This document shows positions 41,760-52,547 of a DNA stretch of 64,000 nt, piece by piece (positions within the stretch are counted from its first letter, which is position 1; each line of letters starts with the position of its first letter). The notes below the pieces were generated by a model. The model worked only from the letters and a program-made list of their open reading frames with translations, did no database searches and had not been told where the DNA came from. The DNA is taken from the NCBI GenBank assembly GCA_965214835.1, contig CBDCCK010000002.1, forward strand, positions 608,001-672,000, in the 5' to 3' direction. Position numbers and translations under genes: made by a program. This DNA is from Nitrosopumilaceae archaeon. Lineage in GTDB: Archaea; Thermoproteota; Nitrososphaeria; Nitrososphaerales; Nitrosopumilaceae.

Positions 41760-43542
41760 ATATCGCAGATGGGGTTTGCGTTCATCATGTCCGCAGTCAA
41801 GACACCGGGGATAAAGAAAGCGATAGTACAGTACGTCCGCGGCAGGAGGGCGGCAGTATCTAGGTACACCCCGGAACCATCTGACGGCAAAAAGTTCACG
41901 TTCGCGCTGGTCATCAGGAGGATCCCCAAGTCCAAGGCAAAGAACATCTTTGATCGTAACAGCTCGAGCTCTGGAAGCTGCTCCTGATTTCAGACACGAA
42001 TCTGCCCGGGAGGGGGAGCCTCTGAGAAGCAATCCGTAATTAAATTACGAGTGGCAGGTTGCAGTTGTTTTCTGCCGTGTTTTTCAGGCCACAGCAGCTA
42101 TCCGTTCCAGTATCCTCAGGTTGGCCAGCCCGCACACGATACTGTTGGCCAGATCGTACTTTCTGAGCCTGTTTCTGTACTTGTAGCTCATTATCTTGAA
42201 TGTCTTGACCCTGCGTATGCCATTCTCCACGTACACCCGTATCTTTGAGTGTGTTCTGTTGTACTCTTTTTCATCGTCGGTCAGCTTGCCGCCAGGACTC
42301 TTCTTGATTGGAAGTATAACCTTCGTCCCTGCATCGATGTGCTGCGCACCCTGGTATCCGCGATCCATATAGTGCCGCAGCTCCTCGCCGTCCTCCTCAC
42401 CGCTCCAGAACGTGGGATGCTTCATCTGGTATATCTTGACGTCGTTTACGCGCCCCGGCGAGTGCGGGGTCTTGTGCACTATGGCACCGTGTATGTTGAC
42501 CGTATACTGGACCTTGGCCGTGTGCGTGCCTGCCTTGCCCGAATAGTGCGACTTTTCCATGTCCTTTCTCTTGGGCCTGTTTGTGGGCTGCTCGGAGGCG
42601 TCAGTCAGGCACACCATCCCCGGGAAGATCTCGGCCAGCTCCTCGACTGAGGAGATCCTCTTGGAGTCCTTGTAGATCTTCTCGGGGATCGGCAGGCATT
42701 GTTTTAGCAGGGGCTCAGTCAGGCTTATGGAGCGCGAGACCGACGCCTGTCCTATACCGAACATGGCGCCAGCCACGTCCTGGGAGACGTACGTCCTGTA
42801 GTAGAACAAGACCAGCAGTACGCGGTTCCTCAGATCCAGGGCAAAGGGCCTGCCTGCGCCTATATCCCGCACACGGTCGGGCCTTGAGAGCCTCTTCTTC
42901 TCGGTATCTGGAAATTTCTTTTGCACCTCGGTACACAGCTGGTCAAACTCTGCCTCGGTCATTCCTGCAAACATCCGGAACGTCCGTGGGTTTTTTGTCA
43001 GTCTATCGATCAAACACATGATTTGTACATGGTTTTACAGGTATTTTGATCCGTCAGGCATAGATTAGTGCCCAAGTGGGTCAAAATCTGCTAATTAAGA
43101 ATCGCTTCTCTGGGGCGGCAAAACCCACGCCTAAACTTCCAGAGCCCGATCTGTTACCTTTGATCGGTACCACGTGTTTGCAACCACGCAGCGCTGCGGC
43201 GGCTATGCGGAGCTGATAGACCATGTGACAGAGAGGAGTACCGGGACAGGTGGGGCATAGAGACCGGATACCGCTGTGCCAAGAGCATCAGGCCGCGGAC
43301 CGTCAGCAGGAATCCTGTCCTGCGGATGTTTTTGTTCTACGTATCGCTTGCAGTATGCAACATATGGATGACAGTGAGGGACTCGGACGATCCGAGGACC
43401 CGCAGCATGACGCTGCAGACGCCGGTGACTCTGGTGGCCGTGTATGCGATGGCCTTCTGTGCGCAGGATGCATGCCGGGCAGGAGCAGGGCGGCGGCACG
43501 ATCCCGGCTAGCGGGATTTGCGGGGTACATTTTCAACTGCTG
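41760..43542 (+). mobile_element. ISH3 remnant containing an A2 MITE (41956-43157), which itself contains an IS5 element
   Basis: homologous to 37585-38222 with the MITE at the same site; TSD ctttgatc. Confidence 0.85.
42024..43110 (-). mobile_element. IS5-family element with intact transposase (42084-43019)
   Basis: imperfect TIR gagaagcaat / atcgcttctc; FGIGQASVSR, TDASEQ, MDRGYQG, RVYVENGIRRVK. Confidence 0.92.
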
Positions 43543-43666
43543 ATCAGTCGCACATGCTTTTATAATATCGCACGCGTCATATCTTGTTGGAAGAGTCCGA
43601 CATTTGCAAGTTGATGGACAATGCAAATATTCAACACATAAGAATGAAGGAATATCCTCCATCCTA

Positions 43667-44766
43667 TAGCAACGAGCAGAAGTCTTTGAGCCAAAACAGG
43701 GTTCATTCGAAGAGTGCAATGATCGCATAACCGGCAAGTGGGCATGGCAAAAGAAACAGACAGCCTGTCAGAGGCCATGCGCAAAGAAAAGGATGCAAGT
43801 CTGCAAAAAGATCATGGCGTTGATGTTTGTGCTAGAAGACGATGTGGGCGTGCCCGAGACCGCAAGAAGGGTTCCGGTGCAGTGAGAATTCCGTGCGCAA
43901 CTGGCTGGCGAGGTTCTCGGAGGACGGCATAGACGGCCTCCGGGATCTTCCCCGTTCCGGATGCAGGCCAAGGGTGGACGGAAAAAGGACTGCCGCCATA
44001 ATGGACTTGTCCATTGAATACAACAGTACCGACGTCATGACGGTGCGTGATGACATAAGGGATGCCACCTAGACAGGATACGGCACAGGAGATGTCCGAA
44101 GACTGATGCGCCGGCACGGCCTGTCGCGCTGCAAGGTGCAAAACGTACATGTCAACCATGCCGCCCCAAGCTCGGTATACGCATGGCAGTGGTATCTTGA
44201 AAACGTGCGTATTCCGTGCCTGAAAGACGGTTTTACGCTGGTGTCATCTGATGAGGCGTTCTTCGTGCAGGACGCACACGACAGATACGTATGGGGTCCG
44301 GTCGGCACCAGAGGCGTGGCCTCGTATTCGGGAGATCGCACAAAGGTGGCCGTGTTTGGAAGCATCGCAGAAGACGGCAGGAAGCTGTTCAGGACGCTTG
44401 CGGGAGCGCTTGCGTCGGTGCAGTCCATGGAATGTCCGGAGGCGCTGCGCGAAGTCTGGCAGGGTTGCAGTCCTTTGCGACAGGTGGAGCGTGCACGGAG
44501 CTGCTGCCGTCGCAGAATATCTGGCGGGCCATCCCGACGTCAGGCTGATAATGCTCCCAAAGGGATCGCCGTACCTCAATGTCGTGGAAGAATGCTGGAA
44601 CCTGGGCAAGCCTGTCGTTTTCAGGGGGATAGTGTACAGAAAGGTCGGTAAGCTGCGGCATGCCATATCCGAATATTACAGGACGGTGTCGTTTGCCCAC
44701 CTTTGCATGTACAAGTACATTTACAGATCGCCGGTCAAGGCCCTCAATTACTTGTGACCGTTGCTA
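43667..44766 (+). mobile_element. IS630-family element, pseudogenised
   Basis: TIR tagcaacg / cgttgcta with TA duplication; WLARFSE.GIDGLRD, SDE, LPKGSPYLNVVEECW. Confidence 0.88.
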
Positions 44767-44768
44767 TA

Positions 44769-45120
44769 CCGATATGCCCGGCTTGCAAGAAAGGACAGCA
44801 TAGTGGCGCTTGGCAAATCAGATCTGGTCGAGCTGCAGGCCACACATCCCTTCAATGACAAAATAACCGAAAAATTCTTCCAGATGGACGAGTCAGCCAA
44901 AAACGGAATCGTGTATGAGTTGGAGCATACGCTGGTGGCTCTGGACATCAGGCACAAGATAATAACAAATGACAGCAAGCGGTTTTTCGGCTTTTCACTG
45001 TCTATATTTTTACGGGACGACGTATCCGCCGTTGACTTTCTCAATGCCTACAACAGAATCAAGGAGACAAGGGAGCTTGTAGGAATGCGGACTGCAAACC
45101 TTGTTCAGCGCCCCGCATGA
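44769..45120 (+). pseudogene. 5'-truncated hypothetical protein, possibly DUF2299-like
   Basis: open frame running out of the IS630 end; alpha/beta pattern. Confidence 0.4.
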
Positions 45121-45128
45121 TACAGATA

Positions 45129-45559
45129 TGGATGCTATGACACACATGAACGGTTCTGGAAGTAAACAACACCTCGGCAGCCTGATGAGCGCCAAGGACT
45201 TGGATGAGATCGACAAGCCGCCGGAACGGCCGATCTACTTCCTGGTGCCTGTCTTCATCACACTATCGAGCTACATCATACAATACGATGACGGTGCAAG
45301 CCCCTCCAAGGACGTCATACCATATGATAACGATACGAGCCCGCCGGATCTCTCAATCATCGAGTCAACAGAACATGTCAACGAATTCAAATTCAATGAC
45401 AGAGATGCCCGCAAAATGCTCTGTAGGCTCATAGGGCTCAAGGAAATTCCAAAACTTGACTCCAACGCATTCAAACAGCTCTCCGGCGTTATCGGAGACC
45501 AGATCGGAGACCAGGCCATCGATGCCGTAGATGCGGTTAGGACTATGAGGGACACGTAA
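45129..45559 (+). CDS. hypothetical protein, possible antitoxin for the PIN gene
   Basis: C-terminal DAVDAVRTMRD; TAATG coupling to the PIN ORF. Confidence 0.55.
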
Positions 45560-46130
45560 TGGATAAACTCTACCTAGACACCAACATCATAATTGCTTAT
45601 ACGATAAGGTCAAAAAAGGAACCCGATCAGCACCGTCGTGCAAAATTGGTAATTGACGGAATCTCACAGGGCAGGTATGCAGGAGTGATTTCCATTCTTG
45701 CTCTAACCGAATTGATGGGAGTGATTCGCATGCTTGTTAGTAAAAATAAAGAAGAGATGATCAGAATTCCAGAAAAAAACAGGACGCCTATGTAAAGGAC
45801 AGGGCCAGCAAGATTTATCAATCCACAACTAGTACCATAATGAGGCTGCCAAACGTCAAACTAGAAAAAGGAGGAAGTGCCAGACTAGACGGTGTCCTTG
45901 CTCGTGGATTGGAACTAATGGAAAAAAGCATAGGATCTCAACGATTTCATAAAAAATATGAACAGTGCAGATCATGTTGGCACCAACTATAAACAAATCC
46001 TGTTTGCAGGTATTTTACACGCCATCATAGCACGTGACTCTCAATGTGACGAATTGTATACTTTTGACAAAGGGTTTTTAGGACTATGCGGATTGGATGA
46101 AATCGAATCTCTAAAAATTACAATTCCATA
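45559..46130 (+). pseudogene. PIN/VapC-family ribonuclease, multiply frameshifted
   Basis: LYLDTNII, ISILALTEL; downstream-frame ILHAIIA...CDELYTFDKGF. Confidence 0.8.
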
Positions 46131-46137
46131 ATGCCAG

Positions 46138-46214
46138 TAGACTTTGCGTAGTCGGCGCAGATCAAAAAAATCAGGCAGCTTTTACGTCATTTTTGGCAAA
46201 TACGCACAAGGTAT
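46138..46214. mobile_element. family B MITE, degenerate
   Basis: tagactttgcgtagtcgg...tacgcacaaggtata. Confidence 0.7.
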
Positions 46215-46381
46215 ACAAGCCATAGCAAAGCCACGTTCCTTTCCAGGCCAAGCGTGAAAATCATGGCTGCATGTGGACTTGCGCACTGATTGTCTGGGGG
46301 GTGAAACCCGTGCAGGGCCAAGGGCCGCATCAGATCCCGGCCCATGCCAGAGCACATGTAGGCGGCCGGCTTGCCTGCGTC

Positions 46382-47257
46382 TCAGCTGCGATCCCGAATC
46401 AGGTTGGCCATGGAGAACAGGATTATCGAGGTCACAACCAGGATTGCTCCAAGTAGGAACAGTATCACGGATGCAAACAGTGAGCCGTAGAATATCGTAC
46501 TGTCGGTTATGTACGCATCAAAGAATATCACCCCCATGACAATCCCCGCAACCAGGAACGCTGTACCGGTCATTCCGTAAAACGGAAGGGGGTGGCGAAT
46601 CGACGTGTACTTTATCGTGTTTGCAAGCACGGATATGCCGTGGGAGGCCGGGTTGTGCTTTGAGGTATCCCTGTCATAGGAGACGCTTATGGGGACCTCG
46701 GCAAGGGAGAGCCCCTTGTTTGAGCACTTTAGTAGGATCTCAGTGGAGACGGACATTCCCTCCTCGGTCGGGTGTATGGCGTTGATTGCGTTTTTAGAAT
46801 AGGCTCTGAATCCGGACTGCGAGTCGGTGATCTTGAGATCGGTGCCATAGTTGGCAACGGACGTGATGATCTTGATTCCGTGCCTGCGGTATTTGGGCAC
46901 GCTCCGGCTGTCATCGAGCAGCCTGGAGCCGATTACCACGTCCACGCTGTGCTGCACCAGTACGGAGAGAAGTTTTGGGATCTGATTGGCATCGTGCTGG
47001 CCGTCGCCGTCGATTGTAACGATTGACTCGGCGTTGCTTGCACGCGCATAGTCAAACAGCGAGGTGATGGCCGCCCCATAGCCCCGGTTCCTGTCATGGG
47101 ATATTACCAGTGCGCCGGCGGCCTCGGCTGCCTTTTTCGTATCGTCCGTGGAGCCGTCATCGCAGACGACCACCAGATCAACAAAGTCCTTTGCGGCCCG
47201 TATGACAGATGCGATCCTTGACTCCTCGTTATATGCTGGAATGCATGCCAGTCTCAC
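46382..47257 (-). CDS. GT2 glycosyltransferase (dolichol-phosphate mannose synthase-like)
   Basis: IPAYNEE, DDGSTD, DGDGQH, DSQSGFRAY; two C-terminal TM helices. Confidence 0.95.
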   Translation of the reverse strand: MRLACIPAYNEESRIASVIRAAKDFVDLVVVCDDGSTDDTKKAAEAAGALVISHDRNRGYGAAITSLFDYARASNAESIVTIDGDGQHDANQIPKLLSVLVQHSVDVVIGSRLLDDSRSVPKYRRHGIKIITSVANYGTDLKITDSQSGFRAYSKNAINAIHPTEEGMSVSTEILLKCSNKGLSLAEVPISVSYDRDTSKHNPASHGISVLANTIKYTSIRHPLPFYGMTGTAFLVAGIVMGVIFFDAYITDSTIFYGSLFASVILFLLGAILVVTSIILFSMANLIRDRS

Positions 47258-47751
47258 GATGTCCTTTGTGGCAGGCAGATATCTAAATGGTTTGGTTATG
47301 CCAAGGCAGGAGCTTGCCCCCTAAGCGAAGTTGCCTGCCATAGTCTTGATCACCATGCCCACCACGTCATATTTTCGGGGGAGGTAACTCTTACGTTGCA
47401 CGATGCAGTCGCACTTGCCTTGTCCGGGTGCGGTCATGCCATATCCTCTCAGATCATTGAATGGGTGGTGGAGCAGGAGGTGAGTCACCGCAGGCGGTTT
47501 CTTTCCTCCCGGTCTTGATGGATCAGAAGCTGCAGTCATCCATCAGTGCGCTATGCACAGGAACACAGCAGCTCGGATTGCCCCATTCAACAGATAGTGC
47601 GCGAAGCACATGCATAGTGAGGGGTTGATCCATCACCATAACTACGGCAAGGATGTTTTTATGTGTTCAACTACTGCCAACGAATTAGATTGGAGGTTAA
47701 CAAGAACCGTGCTTAATTTTATTGGATTAAAGGAAGGTCAGGCAGTATGGT

Positions 47752-48353
47752 TTAACATTTTAGTTGGATTTTACGTATTGTCTTTTTTCCAAAATCAGTA
47801 ACGACTACCTGCTTTGGTCTGCCGTATCCTATTCTGCTGTCCGTATCCAACCATGATTTGATGTCTTGATACTTGTCTTCCTCGATTATGATGCAATTTT
47901 TTGATGTGTGTTTTGACAATCTATCGCAAAGATTGACTGGAACTCCATAAACATCTGGTTCTTTTGATGTTTTTATTTTTTCGATAGTTCCGGCAGTTAT
48001 TGTTACTTTGGTGTATAATCCTTTTCCGTATTTTTTGAAATTATGAATTATGTTTAGTGCAGACTGGCATGCTTTTGGCGCATTTTGAAATGTTGCCAAA
48101 ACTGCATCGACCAATTCCTTGATTACAGTTCCATGTTTTCCTCTACCAGATTATGGCATATCTTGTTGTGGTTTAGCATTTCCGTAATCGTCTCCTCTTG
48201 GTTTTTGATCATCTTCGTTGTTGACTTGGTAAGATCGAAATGTGCCACTGCACAAACGCTTCGTTCACGTTTTAGTTTTTTGGCAAATGATTTTGCGTCG
48301 GATATTTTCTTTGGATGGTTTGAATCAAATGGATTTATGCTGTTACTTGACAT
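47752..48353 (-). pseudogene. class III adenylate/guanylate cyclase with a 1-nt frameshift in an A-run near 48135
   Basis: AHFDLTKST, GTVIKELVDAVLATF, DVYGVPVNLCDRL. Confidence 0.82.
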
Positions 48354-48375
48354 GGTAATTGTGATTTTAGATTGT

Positions 48376-48654
48376 TTATTTTAAAAGTAGTTGCAGATAG
48401 ATGCCATCGGCAATTCTCAAATCAATTATTTTCTGCAGGTCATCTTTTTTACCCGTTACATCGATTATTTTGTGCTGTACGCTGTTCTTTTCGCATCCCC
48501 ACAGTTTTGATTTTGCCTTTATCTGCTCTTCTCTTGGGGGTTCCAAGTCCAAATCAAATCCGATCTTTTCAGAGTAGCCTTTGATTATGGATACGCTTTT
48601 CTGAATCTTTGAATCGTCATAGCCTGTGAGAATTATCTGAGCTGTTCTGGTCAT
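48376..48654 (-). CDS. divergent ribosomal protein uS10-like protein lacking the long internal loop
   Basis: MTRTAQIILT..D..K...I....KIG...P; HKIIDV....L.KIIDLRIADGIYLQLLL parallels archaeal uS10 termini. Confidence 0.6.
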   Translation of the reverse strand: MTRTAQIILTGYDDSKIQKSVSIIKGYSEKIGFDLDLEPPREEQIKAKSKLWGCEKNSVQHKIIDVTGKKDDLQKIIDLRIADGIYLQLLLK

Positions 48655-48760
48655 ATTCTGTATTGTTTTCCTAGGATAAAATTATTGCTTTAGACGGTTC
48701 TGTGCAATCTTGGTGATATAGACATGAAATCATGAATCTTCTCCAGATTGGAATTTGTGC

Positions 48761-49890
48761 CTAAACTGGATCCTTGCTTAGTGAGGCATTTTGAATGATC
48801 GTTCTCCACCTGTTTGTGCCGTCCACGTTTATCAGAGCCGATTCTGCCGGGGTCTGGCCGTTCAATGCACCGTGCTTTTTTGTGAAATTATAGTAGACTC
48901 TCATTCCGTCAAGGATTGCAGTGTCGGTCTTTTTGAGGTCCCGGAACACCTTCTCACGGTCTCTGATCTCGCCGTTGAGTCTCTCCATCTTGTTGTTATT
49001 GTCACGGTCACGCTTGCCTGCCAGATGAATATGCTTCACGTGGTTTGTGCCCTTTCCGAATATCTTTCTTGATGACTTGGCATAGGCTGGAAGCCCGTCT
49101 GTGATGAAGTTCCTGGGATTCTTTCTGGCCTGTTTCTTGGTCATGTCCAAGAGGGAATCGGCATTGTGCTGGGACTTGGTTGTTGCCAGATCCGAGGTCA
49201 GCCAGTAACGGGTATCGTCGTCCATCGAGGCAAAAAGGTAGCACTGCCTGCCGTTGATTTTTACCCACACCTCGTCGTCCCGGAACCATGAGCCGGCCCT
49301 TGGAACTATGCCGTTGAGGTACTTGGACGTGAGCCGGGAGTACTCGTCAACCCAGTTGTATATGGTTTTAAATGACACGTCGGTTCCCATCATCTCATAA
49401 TGATCTGCGATTCCCGGACAGACATTCCAGTATGGTACATCTGCAAGGCCCCGGTAATGATGCTCTCATCATATTGTTTTCTCTCAAAGCCAAAGTTTGC
49501 AGTAAATCGCTTTTTGCAGTCTTGACATTTGAACATCTGCCTGGTCTTGGTTTTGTTCCTTTTCATACCTGCCTTTACGATATTGCCCGAATCACAGAAC
49601 TTGCACAGGTCAAGCCTGCCCCGTTCCATGATTCTGAACCCGTCACGTCCGAACACGTTTCTTCTGACAAGCTCCAGTATCGCCTTGATGTGCTTGCAGT
49701 CTGCCCTTCTGTTCCGGTGATCCGGACACTCGCAGACCAACCCGTTGCCCGTCCTGGATACCGTATAGAACTTGGAGGGATCGGACTGCGATCTGACCCT
49801 GAAGTCGCTGGTGCCGATTATCTGTGTGGCGTGGCCGGGAGTTTCCATGATCTGTCTTGCACGTCGGACTCTTGCGTTCATTCGTGGCCC
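48761..49890 (-). mobile_element. IS6-family-like DDE transposase with SWIM and Zn-ribbon N-terminus, frameshifted
   Basis: CECPDH....CKH, CKFC...CQDC, DEVWVKING, ITDGLPAY, NNKMERLNG. Confidence 0.88.
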
Positions 49891-50446
49891 GTACGAGGTC
49901 ACCTAGTTTTGACGTGTTTTGACAACCTGCTTAACATATTGCGATCATGCTGATCAAATACGATGCCTGTATAGCATCAACATGAAAGGCCGTCGACCCA
50001 CATACCGCGAACTAGAGGCCACAATTGTATCATTCACAGACAGAATAAGCACGCTAGAAAATAACCAAAAGGCAGCGAACAGGACAATCGAGGAGCAAGG
50101 CAGGCTGATAAAGGAGAAGGACAGGATAATCGAGGAGCAAGGCAGGCGGCTCCGGTACTACGAGAACGAGAACTCGCCACCGTCTGCAGAATCACTAGAG
50201 TACAAGAGGCAAAAGGCGCAGCGGAAAAGGGAGAGGGCCAGTAACCGTGGCAACGGCAGCAATAGTGGCACCGGCAAAAAGCCGGGAGGCCAGAGGGGCC
50301 ACAAGGGGACATCCAGAAGACACGACCCCCAGAAGACGGTGCTTCACACGTTCCAGGACAACGACGGGACGTGCTCGCCGGTGTGCATGTGCGGGAGGGC
50401 CATGGACATAACTGCCCTGATACGGAACATCATCGGGCCCATCTGA
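49891..50446 (+). mobile_element. IS66 5' fragment (parent type of family E MITEs)
   Basis: starts gtacgaggtcacct; coiled coil, NSPPS, KKPGGQRGHKG. Confidence 0.85.
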
Positions 50447-50564
50447 CTCGTTCTCAAATTCGAGAACGAGAAAGCGAAAAAAGACGGAAAAACATGCAAA
50501 AAAGAAAATTTCTTCAAAAAAAGACAGCAGTGCAAAACCAAAGGGGACGAGTCCGAAAAACAGG

Positions 50565-52072
50565 ATGACGAGTCCCAAAAAAACAATGACGAGTACCGAC
50601 AAGACTGCAAACAAAAAAGGTACAAAAGGTCAGAGCAGCACAAGGGACACCGGCCAGCTCAAAGAAAATGAAAATAAAAAAATAAATAAGAAAAAGACGA
50701 TAAAGAATGCACCTGGTGGAAGAAGAATAGCTACACAATCCTCAAGATGCCTGTTGGAAGATGACGACGTACGTCGGTGGTACGAAAACATGAAGAGATC
50801 CAGCCAGCTGAATGCCGCCGTACGCCTGAGGAGGCTTAATCTGTTCTGTTACAGGTTGAAGACAACGCCTGCAACCCTTGCCCGGACGGGAAAGAAGGAT
50901 CCCAAAAGGATAGAGGACATGCTGATGGATCACGTATCCTGGATGGAATCACAGAGTTTTTCTTCCGGATACATAGACGGCATGATAAAGTCAATCAAGG
51001 GATGGCTGGTCCACAACCGAATAGAAATCAAAAGCAAGATAAAGATATCCAACATGGGCGTCTGTCCCACGCTTGAAAAGGAAAAGGTGCCAGAGCAGGA
51101 GCAGCTGCACCAGATGCTGGAAAACGGCAACGTGCGCCAGAGGGCAGTGTTGAGCCTCATGGCCTTTTCGGGAGTAAGGCCACAGGTGCTGGGACTTGCC
51201 GACAGGAGTGACGGGCTGTGCCTCAAAGACCTGCCTGAGCTTGTCATAGAGAATAAGGGAAAAAGAGTCAGATTCACAAACATGCCCACAATGGTGGTGG
51301 TCCGACAGTCCCTGAGCAAGACCAGGAACAAGTATGTGACGTTTTTGATAGAGGAGGGGTGCCAGCACCTGCTGAAATATCTCGAACACAGGATATCTGC
51401 CGGGGGAAAACTCTGTCCGGACTCTCCTGTCATAACGCTTGAGAGGCAAAACTCACGCAAAAGACGCAGGGAGGATCCGGATGTCAAGACATTCGTGGTC
51501 ACAGCGTCCATATCCCGTACGGCAAAAAAAGCGATGAAGCCGATAGTAGATTCAAGGCCATACACGCTGCGATCCTACTTTGACACCCAGTTACTGCTTG
51601 CCGAGAGCCACGGCTGCATGGCAGATGCCTATCGGGTGTTCTTTATGGGCCACAAGGGGGACATCGAGGCAAGATACACGGTAAACAAGGGCCGTCTTAC
51701 AGAGCATATGAGAGAGGACATGCGCAGGGCTATGAGCAGAGCGGACTGTTTCTCTCCACTGACCCTGACAAGACGGATGAAAAGCACAAAAAAGACATGC
51801 TTTGCAAGTTATGGCGCAAACAGGCAAAGATGTACGGAATCAATCCGGACAACATAATCAATTCAAAGCCGGATGTCCCACAGCCCAATGCTGCAGACAA
51901 GCCAAAAGAGCCGTCTGCAGTACCAGGCAATGACGAACCGTCCGAATGCCGGATCATAGGGAGCGATGAGGAACTGGTGTATTATAGCTCAAACGGCTGG
52001 GAGATTGTAAAGGAGCTAAGCGACGGGCGATTCCTTATGCGCAGGTCTGGCAAGGGTTCAGGCAGCCAGTGA
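50565..52072 (+). pseudogene. tyrosine recombinase/integrase with a frameshift near 51735 separating the C-terminal domain
   Basis: SGVRPQVLG, RPYTLRSYF, FMGHKGDIEARY; tail GWEIVKELSDGRFLMR is in the next frame. Confidence 0.88.
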
Positions 52073-52236
52073 TGGGCAAACTCCTCTAGTGTCTGCCAAT
52101 CTCAGACCATCCCTTCGTGTTTTCATGGTTTTGAATCATTGCGGTGGTAGCTTCCACGGTTTGTGAACCCGCATAGACTTTCATGGCTTTCAAATCCCTG
52201 TAATTCACAGGGCTTTCATCCCTGTGATCCCATGGG

Positions 52237-52372
52237 ATTTTCACTACTTTTCAAATCCATACTTTCACTATTTTCACTACTTTTCAAATCCATACTTTCA
52301 CTATTTTCACTACTTTTCAAATCCATACTTTCACTATTTTCACTACTTTTCAAATCCATACTTTCACTATTT
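52237..52372. repeat. tandem repeat, 4 x 33 bp
   Basis: attttcactacttttcaaatccatactttcact, perfect copies. Confidence 0.95.
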
Positions 52373-52381
52373 CTGATTCAA

Positions 52382-52445
52382 CATAGTGTAACTTTTCACT
52401 CCTCCAAAATGTACATAGTGTAACTTTTCACTCCTCCAAAATGTA
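52382..52445. repeat. tandem repeat, 2 x 32 bp
   Basis: catagtgtaacttttcactcctccaaaatgta. Confidence 0.95.
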
Positions 52446-52547
52446 GCTTTTAGCTGTTTTTGGTTCTACAAAATGTAGCTTTTAGCTGTTTTTGGTTCTA
52501 CAAAATGTAGCTTTTAGCTGTTTTTGGTTCTACAAAATGTAGCTTTT
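52446..52547. repeat. tandem repeat, 3 x 32 bp
   Basis: gcttttagctgtttttggttctacaaaatgta. Confidence 0.95.

Noticed and set aside
48376-48654. canonical rps10
   Set aside because: Lacks the conserved loop motifs and ribosomal gene context; treated as a paralogue with no gene symbol.
52237-52547. CRISPR array
   Set aside because: Units are head-to-tail with no unique spacers, and there are no cas genes in the window.
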